Source of the DNA: Heterodontus francisci | Lineage: Eukaryota | Assembly (NCBI RefSeq): GCF_036365525.1 | Contig: NC_090378.1 | Coordinates: 45,941,505 to 46,005,504, forward strand | Direction of reading: 5' to 3' | Length of the DNA: 64,000 nt | Shown here: in pieces, positions 1 through 13,190 of the stretch | Layout: each line of letters opens with the position of its first letter | Numbering within the stretch: position 1 is the first letter of the stretch | The notes under the pieces: model-generated | Database searches by the model: none | What the model was told of the DNA's origin: nothing | Seen by the model: the letters and a program-made list of their open reading frames with translations, nothing else | Position numbers and translations under genes: made by a program

Positions 1-1917
1 CGGCTATGACAGGTTCCAGCTCTTCAAAGTGAGATTGAAACCAGTCTGCATTCTGCTTCATATGTTTGCCATAGGTGGTCATTGCTGAGTCATAGATGAC
101 ATCTCTGATGTGGGCCCACTTGGTCTCCTCATCCCCTGTAGGAGTGTTTTGAAGGGCTTTTTCAAGTGAATTTAGAAACTTATGTTACAGCTGTCGATAA
201 GAAATTCTGCTAGTGTTGATGTGCGGGCGGCCCTTCTGCTTGGAGTGATGCAGCTTCTTTGGTTTGAGTCTTACCTTGCTGCACACCAGGGAGTGGTCGG
301 TGTCGCAGTCCGCACTGTGGAAGCTGCATGTGATTTGAATGCTGTTTAAAGAGGCTCGCCTTGTGACGATGAGGTCCAGCTGGTGCCAACAACGTGATCT
401 TGGGTGCCTCCAAGAAACCTGGTGATAGGGTTTATTATGAAAGAACGAGTTGGTGATGCAGAGGTTATGATAGGTACACAACTCATCCTTCCAGTGCCAT
501 AGCGCCCAAGGCAGGAGGACCATGAGTCATGGTCGGCCCCAACCCTGTCATTAAAGTCCCCCAGCAGGAACAGATGTTCGGTATTGGGGATGCTACTAAT
601 GATATTATGGAGTTCCTCGTAGAACTGGTCTTTAGCTTCAGGTGGGGAGCAGAGTGTTGGAGCATAGATGCTGAGTAGGTGTACTGGACCAGAGGCTGTA
701 AGCAGTCGGATGGACAGTATGCGTTCCAAGCCATTTGAGGGTAGCTCTATCATGCTGAGCAAAGAGTTTCTGATGGCGAAGCCCACTCCATGTTGTCTTG
801 GTTCTTCAGGATCCCTACCCTGCCAGAAGAAGGTGTAGTCTTGCTCTCTTAGAGATCAGCGCGCAGGGAGGCGTGTCTCCTGAAGTGCTGCAATGTCCAC
901 ATTGAGTCTACTGAGCTTGTTGTTAATGATGGCGGTCTTCCGAGAATCGTTGATTTGTGTCAGGTCATCCGACAGGCCAGGACACATAGTTCTGACGTTC
1001 CAGCTTGCAAAATGAAGGGCTGGTACCTTCTTTCCTTTTTTTGTTGTGCTGTTTGATGCGCTGTTGCAGTCCACTTTTCGGGCAATGACTCTGAGCTCCA
1101 AGCACCCATTGAAGCAGGTGGACCGTGGCGGGACAGAACCTTACTGACGGCTGCCCGGTTTAAGGCAGGCAGTAGCTGTCCAGTGAGATGCGATGACCTC
1201 TCCCACCGACAGAGGCAACCCATGGCGCCCAATCTCTACGCCAATTGAGCTGGACATAACCCGTAACTGCTGCCTTCCATGTTGTTTTGGTCGCTGTGAG
1301 GCGACTATGGAGTGACCTCTCCATGGCACATGCCTGGGCAGATGTATGGAGATTGTGAGTTGCCCAAGGGTCAAAACCCCCCTCTCGGCCTTCCTGGTGG
1401 GGTCCAAATGAGTGCAGAGCACGACATTTGGCACCGGTATGGCTGCAGGAACTGCCGGAAACGTGCCAAAGGTGACACATGACCGCCTTCGGGGTTCCGC
1501 TCCGGATTTTCTGTTCGGGTTTACTCCCTTAGCCTTGGTCTCTCCCGATATACCCACAAGGCAGTGGGGTTGTTAGGGCCCCTGCTCAGGGATAGGTGGA
1601 TGACGGTGGGAGGAGGTGGGGGGAAGGGGGTGCGGGAGGTGGGGGGAGGGGAGGGGATGCGAGGGGGAGGGGTGCGGAGGGAAGGGGGTGCGAGGGGGAA
1701 CTGGGAAGGGGGCTGCAGGGGGGTGGGGAGGGGGGTGCGAGGGGGGAGCTGGGAAGGGGGTGCGAGGGGGTGGGGGGAAGGGGGTGCGAGGGAGGTGAGC
1801 TGGGAGGGGGGCGCGAGGGGGGAGCTGGGAAGGGGGAGCGGGGGAGAGTGGGTGGAGGGAGGGGGTGCAGGTAATGAAACATTTCATCAGCTCCCACCAT
1901 TGTCTTCTAGATAGCAT
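1..1917 (-). mobile_element. RTE-clade LINE, 5' leader plus APE endonuclease part, frameshifted; continues off the left edge
   Basis: ORF fragments ASWNVRT..IAALQETRL, GFAIRNSLL..LLGDFN, DTDHSLV. Collinear and roughly 90% similar by eye to 32750-34350 in the opposite orientation. Confidence 0.93.
1605..1868. repeat. G-rich low-complexity tract with G-quadruplex potential (C-rich on the RTE sense strand)
   Basis: Degenerate units such as GGGAAGGGGGTGCGAGGGGG; the equivalent tract sits at about 32530-32730 in the other RTE copy. Confidence 0.9.
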
Positions 1918-2894
1918 CTAGGCTCAGAGGAAAAGAATGGCCTCATGGACAAGGTACAGCAGGGGTCAGTAGATAGTGATCGTGAGTAGGAATCCTAGCT
2001 ATTTTCTTTATCATCCTCACCACTCGTTGCATAAAAACAAAGGCCATTTGTAGTGTCATAACTGTTGGCTCTTAGTTAACGCAGCACAGACTAGAAATTG
2101 TAGCTGGGCCTTCGGGATGTGCGTGACTTGGAGCTCGGCTGTGTTTTACTTACTGGGCCACTAAGAAAGCTAAATATGTTAATTTTCACAAAAGCCTTAT
2201 CTAACTTTATGATATCAATTGTAGTGTCTGGAGGTTTTGAGGACAATAACGATTTAATCCTTGGATTCAGGAGGCAACTTTTAAAATTCACGTTTGCTAT
2301 CAAACATTTGCAGCAAAAATGATTAAGTCACATTTTAAGTATTAACCATGGGAAAGAAAATGATAATCCTAATTGGGTTTTAATGTTGTGGAATTTATTT
2401 CAGATTGTCTGTAATCTCATTTGGTACCTTTCAGTAGTCGTATTTTACAAATCATTTATGCTTGGCCAATGTTTGATCAGTTTGTTGCCTGGAAGTGCAG
2501 ATCACATATCTCATATAGACCTATCAGTGTGATTATTTCTGGGTTTACTAATTGGATACCAGCTTATTTAGGTCATATCTAGTTGTGTTTTGTATATCTT
2601 GTATAGCTGGAGACTGCATTAAATTATCTGATGTGGAACTAAATACCCCTATTCTTTTAAAGATGAAAACCAAAAAAACCTGCTTTTTTTTGTACTCTTA
2701 GTTGCTAAGCAGGCAGGCTGACAAATGGAGCTTGGTCAGATAAAACAACAAATAGATTGGATGGTAAGAAGTTTCGCACTAAATCAGATGTAATTTTGAG
2801 TCTCGGCATCAGCAAGCCTAAGGACCCTTCAGAATCCAGATCCCGGACAAATGAAACCACCTTACACTATTTAAAACTACTCGGTCTGAGATAC

Positions 2895-3540
2895 ATACGA
2901 ACATAGAATTAGGAGCAGGAGTAGGCCACTCGGCCCTTCGAGCCTATTCCACCATTCAATAAGTTCATGGCTGAACTGATTACTCCACATTACCACCTAC
3001 CCCCGATAACCCTCCACCCCCTTGCTTATCAAGAATCTATCTACCTCTGCCTTAAAAATATTCAAAGACTCTGCTTCCACCACCTTTTGATGAAGAGAAT
3101 TACAAAGACTCATGACCCTCAGAGAAAAGATTTCTCCTCATCTCTGTCTTAAATGGGCGACCCCTTATTTTTAAACAGATATCCCCAGTTCTAGATTCTC
3201 CCACAAGGGGAAACATCCTTTCCACATCCACCCTGTCAAGACCCCTCAGGATCTTATATGTTTCAATCAAGTCGCCTCTTTCTGTTCTAAATTCCAGCAG
3301 ATACAAGCCTAGCCTGTCCAATCTTTCCCCGTAAGACAGCCCACCCATTCCAGGTATTAGTCTAGTAAACCTTCTCTGTACTGCCTCCAATGCATTTACA
3401 TCCTTCCTTAAATAAGGAGACCAGTACTGTACACAGTACTCCAGATGTGGTCTCACCAATGCCCTGTATAGCTGAAGCATAACCTCCCTACTTTTGTATT
3501 CAATTCCCCTCGCGATAAACGATAACATTCTATTAGCTTT
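2895..3540 (-). mobile_element. CR1 LINE 3' fragment
   Basis: ORF 3100-3528 LYRALVRPHLEYCVQYWSP..RGDLIETYKIL is the CR1 ORF2 C-terminus, followed by a CR1-type tail. Confidence 0.92.
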
Positions 3541-5344
3541 AGATGATATTGAGAGGCTAAATTTAAAATTATATGAATGAAATCAAATCGTATGAATAAA
3601 TGGAGCTTATAGATATCTGTCTAAACCCATTTGCTGTGTTTTATGATAAATATATTTGGACATCTTCCTTTTGAATATTTAATTTGTATTAATGTAACAA
3701 TGAAATGAGCCTGCTGGCTGCAAGGTGACAAACAGATGAGTCATTTGCATTTTCTATGTTGTGAAATGTACATTGCTTTACTTATCATATGGCTAACCTT
3801 GACCTGTTAACTGAAAAGAGACTGACTTTAATTAAAGGTATATTTTGCCGTGTCTAGGCGCCCAACAAACACCTACACTGTTATTTCAGCAACTACGTAA
3901 ATGTGTCAAAACATCCAAGCGTTGCTATACAGCCTCAAAATCTGCTTCAAGCAAATCTTGTGTTTTGCATACAAAATTATATTTATTTGCATTCAGTTGG
4001 CCAAATTCACATTTTTGGGATGTGTGTACAGCAATCAATATATAAAAAAGTGAAATAATTGCTTTGCTAAGGTGTTGCTGCTGCTAATAATTTTAATTCC
4101 TCTCCTCTCCACTTGGAAAATAATAAAGGACAGCATATGTGGAAAAGAGGGTGGGCTCTCCCTTCTGATACCTGCTACTCTTGAGCTGCAGTAGTTCAGA
4201 ATTTAGAGCCGTGAGTTCCAAACTGCTGTTTGACCCAGTTTCCCTGTTAGCATATTGTAGAAGGACAGGTGCAATAAGAGTCACTACAACTAGAACAGTA
4301 ACTTGTATTCATATAGGATTTAGAACACAATGAAATGTCCCAAGGTGATTGCTACTAGCATCATCTAGGCTGTGATCAAACTCTTAAAATCTAGTCCTCT
4401 TAAAGACTAATGTAATTGTGTTGTAAGAACCATCACTGATAGGTATTAATGGATAACTTGGAGTCCCTCCTAATATGTAATTTTTTTTGATTTAACCCAT
4501 TTGAAGAGCTTCTCTGGTCTCTGAGATGAACAGAGGAGCACCTCCATTGTTCTATGTAGAAACAAGTGAAATGGATCCCTATGGTTGATATTAGCCCAGC
4601 ATACCCTATCATTTAAATACTTATTTACAGAGCTCTATAAATGAAGATAAGTTATAAATGGAGGTAAGCAGCAACTCCATGAACAGATGACATTTGAATT
4701 CCAAACAGCTATTATGTTTTTTGTCTCCATAAATGCTCGATATGCAGCAAAAATGTCAGGGTCTGCTCCTTAAGTATTAAAGTAAGTGTGATACACCATG
4801 AAAAAGATAATAGTGATTTGGTTATTCTTTTAATTGGATTTTACAATTGTGCACTTTGTTCTAGAGTATCTGTATTTGCATTTGGAACTCTGGCAATGAG
4901 CTATTTAACTACGGTGTAGTACTACAGCAAGGCAAAGCCTTGTAGTCTGCTTTTCCTTGGATGAGCTGATATTACTATGATAGTAGTGCAGAAGTGCAAG
5001 TTCAAAGCAGGTTTTGATACGGAATCTTAAAGAGAGCAACTGAATTCTTAGCTCCATGAAATTTAACTCTTAAAGCACTAATCCAAGTGAGGTTATTGTT
5101 TAAATTGCAGAATTAAGAAGTACTATGTCCTGTAGTTACCAAAGTGTTCTCTTAGTCATGAACCAATTTATAGATTTTGGGGTTGAACTTTTGTGCTTAT
5201 TCAGCTGAAGGATGTCAGTGCTGGAAAACAGAATATTTTCATATTCGTTATACCCAGCCCAGTAGGTCTCGTGTTCGAGGTATAGCATGGATTAGTAGAA
5301 TGAAGTGCTTGTTGTATAGCTTCAACAAAACTTAAGCTGGAGTA

Positions 5345-6100
5345 TTGCTGAAGAAAGAGACTTGCTGTTGAAGCTTTTCGTTTTGCTCATCAGGATAGAA
5401 GCAAGAATGCCAAATTTTAAAGGGAGCAACAATTTATACTGCATGAGAAAAGGGTGCTGATTGGTTGACAGTCGACTCTGGTCAAGGCATTGCCATGGAG
5501 AATGCATCAGGGAACTACTGTCCCCATGCTTTGTTTAATTAAAAAAAGGAGCAATGCCTGGACATGTTCCTTTTGCTTGCAGAGGACATGTCCCTGCTTA
5601 TTAATAAATGTAGCTTCTAGCAAGCGTTGCGAGCCTGACTGATGATCTTAAATTGATAGTGTAATTCTTAGCTCACTTGGAATTGTTCAGTAAGCACTGT
5701 CCAATTGCGAAATCACATCTAATGTTAGACATTGTGTTCTGAGTTTTGCAAGTACGTTCTGGTTGAATACAGTCAGTCCTCTGCCTTTTGTGAACAGCCG
5801 AAGGGGTGTACTGTTTGATGCGATCCGCCAGTCGTTGGGTTGTACGGCCTATGTATCTGGCATTACACTGGCACTGGAATTCACATGCCACATTACTCAT
5901 TTGTGTAGTAGAAAGAATGTCTTTTTGGCTTGATGACAGCATGCTATTGATGGAAAATACCACTTGCATTGCTACTGCATATTAGCAGTGTGAAACGGCT
6001 AGCTTCACCTGTTGCTCAGTTTTTTGAGATCCTTTACCCTTCCAGGGTAATTTGAGCTAGACTGGGCACTTTTCAGGTCTGAAAGTGGTGGCCTTAAAGC
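5345..6100 (-). mobile_element. Penelope-like element 3' fragment (GIY-YIG endonuclease plus pseudo-LTR)
   Basis: ORF 5673-5969 SNVACEFQCQCNARYIGRTTQRLADRIKQ..AIGQCL is a degenerate GIY-YIG domain; a hammerhead motif lies downstream. Confidence 0.8.
5361..5405 (-). ncRNA. Minimal type I hammerhead ribozyme motif, partly decayed
   Basis: Minus strand reads CTTGCTTCTATC CTGATGA G CAAAA C GAAA AGCTTC AACAGCAAG: intact core, palindromic stem III AAGCTT, and CTTGCT/AGCAAG distal stem I. Confidence 0.65.
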
Positions 6101-8169
6101 CCACTCGTGACTTAATCTCATAAACTAAGAACATTTTGTACTTGACTATTCCTTCCACTAGCCATGCTCATCCTTAAATATTCTAACACCATTCATCAAG
6201 TACCTTTCTCACATATTTTTTCTTCCTATCTGCAGTACTCAGATTGCTGTCTCAAAGGGGTGCTACAGCTTTCATTTCCTGCGCCATGTCTTGAGTAATT
6301 TACTTTATATTGCATTGATTGAAGTCTGTCATTAAAATAACTTTCCGCTTTGCGCATATACTTGTCAGCTCTTTATAGAGTAAACTGTTCTTTTCACATT
6401 AAAGGTGCCTAACCAGAGTCGATTACCACTCCCATAGGAAGAACTCCATTTATCTTCAAATTGACTACAACATTTATGGCTACACTTCTGCCTTTTCTAT
6501 AAAATAAGACAGAAACTAAATATTTTATTTCTTAAAGGATGAATTATAGTAATATGCGTCCCTGTACTTAAATGTAGACAAGTTTGTTGGATGGACCTTG
6601 GAATCTTGAATTAAAGACACCAGAGTTAAATTTAAGGTACCCACTGACTACCAGGATGCACCAACTTTCATGTTTTTACGAAAGCACACCTACTTTTGCT
6701 CACAGGATATGATTTAACCTCAGCACTATGTGCTATTCCTTTTGTCTGAAAATGACTAAAAGTAGTTTTGTCAAGTTCTGCAGCATAGACATTAGTCCTA
6801 TTTCTTCAAGGCTTCTCTGTCCAGTGCTTTTCCATTAGGCAAAAGCTGCAGGCTGTCTTTCTAGGGCAGCACTTCAATTGTCTGATTTTAACCCTTTACT
6901 ACAAATTGTCACAGTTGCCTGGGTTTCTGCTGTCCGTGTTATCTCCCCTTTTCTACTTGACCTACTCAAAGGCATGTGTCTTATCTCTGCATGACCAACA
7001 TCTGTCTGGTAGGATATGTGACTGTCTGGATATGCTAGCTCAAACTAATTTTACTTAGAATAAATAATGTCCATTATAATACCTGTGTTAGCTATTTTTA
7101 AAATTATTCCTAATAACCTATATAAGGCAATTCAATTTACATGTTGTAATTTTGATTTTTTAAGTTTACTGATCAATACTGAGGTTCTTCATCTCGAAGC
7201 TCTTCTATTGTAACTGGCTGTCGAGTTTCCATAACAAACATATTTCAACATCTCCATCTTAATATATCTTCATTTTCTTTTTTTTTTAAGTTTTGCTTTA
7301 TGATTTCAGGTGCGCCATTTTAAAAGTTATACTTTCTGGTATCCCCTTTTAATTTTGCTTTTTGCGTGTTTTTTTAAAGTTTACTTTCTTTGGTTATCAT
7401 TGTGAATATTGGCTTCCCCCTTTATACACAGGTGCTCTTTTATAGCTTCGCTCCTCTATACACTCCCCTTTTAACATCAATTCTTCTCAGCTGTTGTTTC
7501 TTATAAAGTGCTGTCCTTATAGTAAAAAAACTAGATTGCACTCCCTTGGCAAGATGAAATCATCTTCAGGTGAATTTACATAAAAATGTAGAGTTAGACT
7601 TTCAGGTACTGGGAAGGACAAGGCTGGAATCTACTCAGGATAGCGTCCTGTTGCACCCTTGCCATCTCTGTCCATTGCCGTTCCCCACCCTTGGTCTGTC
7701 AGAGGGCAGGCCCAGTGGCATCCAGCATATTTCTTGCTATCTGCCCACCACACCAGTCAGTTCAGGTGAGCTGATGAGATTTACGTTCCCAGTTTAGCAT
7801 TGGTAAGAAGTGGTTTTGCCTTCTGATTGAATATTGTACATTCTGGACTCATAATAAGATCAAACTGGGGTACACTGTTGTGAGTTAATGTTCAGCACTG
7901 GATATGCAGTAGAAATGACTTGATTCTTAAACATAGGATTTTTAAAAATCTCTATTAAAAATGATGATTCATTAAATTTCTGTAGGGAGGGAATTCCAGA
8001 GCTTGGGCCAAGGCAGCTGAAAACACTGCCACCATGGTGGAGGCATTAAAATTGGGGATCTGCAGGAGGCCAGAATTGGAGGAGCACAGAGATCGTGAAC
8101 TGAGGAAGAAAAGTCATACATTTTCTTAATGGTGTGAGAGTCTAGGAGGTGTGGGAAGCATTGAGATTT

Positions 8170-9085
8170 AGATGTCCATGTACGCAATTACTAAAAGCCA
8201 GGAACAAAAAGTAATTAAAAATAGTAATGGCTGTCGGCCTTCATCTCAAGGGGATTGGAATTCAAAATTGAAGAAGAGATGTTTCACTTATACAGAGCTT
8301 TGGGCAGACCTGATCTGGAATACTGGAATACTTTTGGGCGCCAAACCTCAGGAAAGACATATAGGTTTTGGGAAAGATACAGTGCAAATTTGTCAGGATG
8401 CCACCATGGTGTTTTGAATAAACCAATTGATGTTTCAAGGGTTAAATTATGAGGAAATGTTGCATTACTTGGCTTGAATTCCTTTGAATTTAGAAGATTG
8501 AGGGGGCATCTAACTGAGATATTTAAAATGATTAGGATTTGATAGTGGATACAGAGCAACTATTTCCTCTGGTGGAGACAGGTGAAGTATTTCACGTTTT
8601 TAAGGTCCTAGAAAAACTGTGTTGGAATTAGAGACTATATAGTGAGTCTTGGGGATGTAGGGAAGTGTAAAATGGCATGCTTAATTGCAGGACAACTGGG
8701 AGAGCATGGAGCAATGGGATTAGCTTTGCATTACTCTAGCAAAGGTCTGGCACAGACATAATGAGTAAAATGGCCTTCTCCTGTACTGTAAACCTTGGTT
8801 CCAAACTTCTATAGAATTATAGGAATCCAGAACACAAGGGCATAATCTTAAAATTAGGGCTAAGGCATTTAGGAGTGAAATCAAGAAGCACTTTTTCAAC
8901 ACAAAGGGTAGTGGATCTTGCTCCCTCAAAAGGTTGTGGATGCTGAGTCAGTTGAAGTTTTCAAGATGGTAAGCTGGACTTTTGTTACATAAGGATATCG
9001 AGGGATATAGAACAAAGGCAGGCAATTGGAGTTGAGGTACAGATCTGCCATAATCTAATTAAATGGTGGAACAGAATTGAGATAT
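8170..9085 (+). mobile_element. Old CR1 3' fragments
   Basis: Degenerate LYRALGRPDLEYW peptide and CR1 3' UTR-like sequence. Confidence 0.7.
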
Positions 9086-12037
9086 CTATTGGTTACTACA
9101 AATTCTATTAAAAATGGTGATGCTGCTAGTCGTTTGAAGGAAAAAAGGCAATTCGCTCACTGACCAACAGGATCATTGTACAACAACATTAACTAAATGC
9201 AAAGCTGTCATTGTTTCCTGCATTAACAATACGTATCATAAAATGTATATGAATATACACTTGTATGTATAATTTTTGAGAAACCAATTTTAAAAAGTTT
9301 AAAAATAACTGGAAAGGAAGACGAGAAAGAAAAATTAAAGTCATAGAAGCAAGAGGTAATATAGAAATTACTCATTTCAAAGACAGAAAATAAATCAATT
9401 GAAATGAAAAAGAGAGACACAGAACTAAAGAAAAATATGCTTGGCTGCTCATCAGTACAAGAAGAAAATTCAATCAGTTTAAATTAAGTCAAATACTAAA
9501 CAATTTCTCTGATTTAAACATTGGCCTGTGTGAAATGACAATTCATAGAGATATTGCTTTGCAACGTTCAGTATTTTCAAATTGGAACAAGGTCATGGAT
9601 TTGAAATGTGAAGTCCTTTAACATTTCATTGGGTGGTATATCCCACTAAGGCTGTGCATGTACTGGAATCTTATTTTTGTAATGAGACTGTACGTGAAGA
9701 AGGAAAAATTATGGTTAAACAGCAGGCTTGCATTTTGCTGAAATGCTGTCAGCTTTTATTAGAAGGTCATTGTGCCAAAGCAAAATTGGCATTAAAGCCA
9801 ATGAAATAGTATTGTTTTTCTTCACAGGCAGATTACTTTGAAATAACGTGATTAAGTACATTTTCCCTGGGTTACATTAAGCACAGGTGCAGGTACAGCC
9901 AGCATCTGTTTATCACTCTTAATAATTGGATGTTGCCTCGTATCAGAAGATTATAATTTCATTTGACATAAACTGCTGAGAGACTGCCGATCATGAATTA
10001 TTAATAACCCACAGGCTCCTAGAGGATTATTTATAATAGATATAACCCAAGCTCAAAATGAAAATTAATAAGGTAGGGTAATTGCATGGAGAATTGGTAT
10101 TAGTAATGTTTGTGGGGATTGCTGCTTAATGTGGTAAGGGATGATTTCCCAGCTTCTACTTCCATGGTTATTGAAGTTTTGGAATAAAGACCAGTTTTGA
10201 GCATTAACCAAGCAAAATATTTCTTTCTTATTTTAACTCTTTTGTGCACTTCCTGGAGCTTGTAACACAGACGAGGGTAAACCAGCCCATTTTGTCTGTG
10301 CTGTGTGCTTCTCTTCAAACTGCAGCTGTTTATTTAAGTCTATTTCTCTGCCCTTCTCTCATTATTTTATATTCTTGTTTGTAAATTCTTATCCAATTCT
10401 ATTTAAATTATGTTATGGTCTGTGTCTCAGTAGCCATTTGTGGTAAAGGATCTCATGTTCTAGTAACCCACTGTGTGGAAAATAAATCTTTTAACTCCCT
10501 CCCCCCCCATCCCACTCCTGTATTATATAATAATCCTGAGTCTGCGCTGCTTGTTACTATTTATCAACCAATAGAAACACTTTTACCCTTTGAATATTTT
10601 TTTTCATAATTTTGAAAACCTGTACTGGTTTGTAAAGCTAAAGTAAGTTCTCAAGTAAAACTAAGCATTTTGAGATAGCAAAAGATTTTCTTTCTACCTT
10701 CCTGTTAAGTGTAGGTATGCTATAGTCCTTGATGAAGTGACTTGATAAGCTCCTGATGAATGAGAACATTGAAAGTATTGGAGTAATGTGGGCTGGTTAA
10801 TTTTGTTTAGTGGCATGTGATAGATAACTATGGTCTCGGAGGGCGCTCAATTGCCTTTTATCAGAGTTTGGCTGTATGTTTTTGTTCTGTACCTCCCCCA
10901 AGGGAAAAATAGCATAAAGTTGGACTGTCAGGTAGAAATACTGAGTATTAATGGGTCTGATTGGTTCTTTTCTCCTATCCTTTCTGTATGTTTGTATACA
11001 TTGTTTACCAACTTTTTCTCCCTACCCACATCCTCTGCCCCCGCAAAAGACATGATTCATTGTGAATTACAGTTCCACTGGCATACTTCCCATAGTGTGG
11101 CTTCGTGGCTATTCTCAAAATTCCAGCCTGGAGAGTAGTTTATATCATGCCGTTTACCTCTTGAATTGTTCCTCTTCTCTTATTTTACTTCTCACCACTG
11201 CTGCTTTTCTATTCTGACTGTTGTCTTTCTGTTTTCTCTGGCTTGTTTGTTCTCTTATTTTTCTTTGCTGTTCACTTTCTACTTCCCAGGCCTATGTGAT
11301 TTGCCTGCCTGTGTCTCCTGCAAAATCTGGCTGTAATATTATTTGCCTGTTTCAGATCTGGTAGTGAGAATCAAGCAGCGATACTTAGCCTGTCATGCTA
11401 TGTGGAAACTGTTCCATTTCCTATAGTGAGAGAAAGCAAATTTCACATTGGCTGGAAGTGTGCCCACTCCGCAAAAAAAACTGCCATAACTTAGTTGAAA
11501 GTAAATGGAGTTACGGCCCCACTTCTGGTGAGGTTTACGGCAGTGGAGTTTGAACAGGTTGTGGGGGAATTCCTGAACATTGTTTGTAGACTGGGTAATA
11601 TTACTTGTGTTACTTGGAATGTTTTACTACATTAAAAGCACTATTAATGCTTTGGAGCCTGGAGACAAATTGCATCTGAAAGCAAAAAGAGGCAGATTGG
11701 GCGATGGGAGATGCAGAAAGATTTGAATGTGATAGGTTCTGTTTATTTTCTCATCTCCTTCATTATCAAAATCCCAGGATATCCAATAATATACACACTC
11801 AAATCCAGTGTAGCCAATCACTCAAAAATAATAATGTCCTTAATTATCACTGGGTACATTCACCTAATAAGTTCTATCAATTAGTGGGATAGAGCTCTGT
11901 TCTGCTAATAGAAGACTTTTCAGCTGTGAGCATAAAGTTTTTTTCCTAAAGCTACAAAATCTGTTATTTATTTGTAGAATTCTGAATTAAATGCTCTGTG
12001 GTTCTGACAGTCTTCTGTACAGAAAATGAACTTGTAT

Positions 12038-12470
12038 CTCTTTTCTCTTTTGGGCCTCCTTATCTCGAGAGACAATGGATACGCGCCTGGAGGTGGTCAG
12101 TGGTTTGTGAAGCAGCGCCTGGAGTGGCTATAAAGGCCAATTCTGGAGTGACAGGCTCTTCCACAGGTGCTGCAGAGAAATTTGTTTGTTGGGGCTGTTG
12201 CACAGTTGGCTCTCCCCTTGCGCCTCTGTCTTTTTTCCTGCCAACTACTAAGTCTCTTCGACTCGCCACAATTTAGCCCTGTCTTTATGGCTGCCCGCCA
12301 GCTCTGGCGAATGCTGGCAACTGACTCCCACGACTTGTGATCAATGTCACACGATTTCATGTCGCGTTTGCAGACGTCTTTATAACGGAGACATGGACGG
12401 CCGGTGGGTCTGATACCAGTGGCGAGCTCGCTGTACAATGTGTCTTTGGGGATCCTGCCATCTTCCATGC
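12038..12470 (-). mobile_element. 5'-truncated RTE LINE, very young copy
   Basis: Nearly identical to 36109-36530 (I found one CpG-type difference outside the tail); probable TSD CTTGTAT at 12031-12037 and 12470-12476. Confidence 0.95.
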
Positions 12471-12984
12471 TTGTATACATGATCCATTATAGTATCTACA
12501 TAATTTGAAAATTGTAAAAACTGCTCCTCGACACTCCACATAAGGGGAAGTAAAGTGAACTTTCCCAACCATTTCTTCAATGGCATCCAGCAGTCTCTTT
12601 CAGGACATCTGTAGAACTGGAAAAAACTAGCCTGAGCTTGCACAATGCATGCTCCACCTAGTTTTTCTTGAAATTTAGAAATAGGTGCAGGAACCTTCTT
12701 TAGTCATTTAAATTGATCCAAAGTCGATTTCAGGCAGCCACTAGGTCCACCTCAACCAGTGAAGACTGGTATGCAGCGGCCATGGTGCAGGCGTAAATTA
12801 GGGCAGGACCTCGAATTTCAGAAATTAGTATACACTGCACCTGTTTTACGCCCAAAAAGCAGACGAAGTGCATACGAGTTTCTATCCCCGGTGTGTCCAA
12901 ATAACGTTTGTTGAATATGATTCAATCTAAGTGCCATGATTTTGGATCAAGCCCATTATATAAATTGAGTTTGACACCCCTGTT

Positions 12985-13190
12985 TTATTTATTATTTATC
13001 TATTTATTTAGAGATACAGCACTGAAACAGGCCCTTCGGCCCACCGAGTCTGTGCCGACCATCAACCACCCATTTATACTAATCCTACATTAATCCCATA
13101 TTCCGACCACATCCCCACCTTCCCTCAATTCCCCTACCACCTACCTATACTTGGGGCAATTTATAATGGCCAATTTACCTATCAACCAAT
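12985..13190 (-). mobile_element. HE1-like V-SINE, 3' part
   Basis: Reverse complement matches 19420-19590 (ggcacagactcggtgggccgaagggcctgtttcagtgctgtatctct), with a (TAAA)n tail. Confidence 0.8.

Noticed and set aside
1875-1900. CTGATGA hammerhead core at the RTE 5' region (minus strand)
   Set aside because: No stem II-GAAA arrangement follows; better explained as part of the putative leader ORF.
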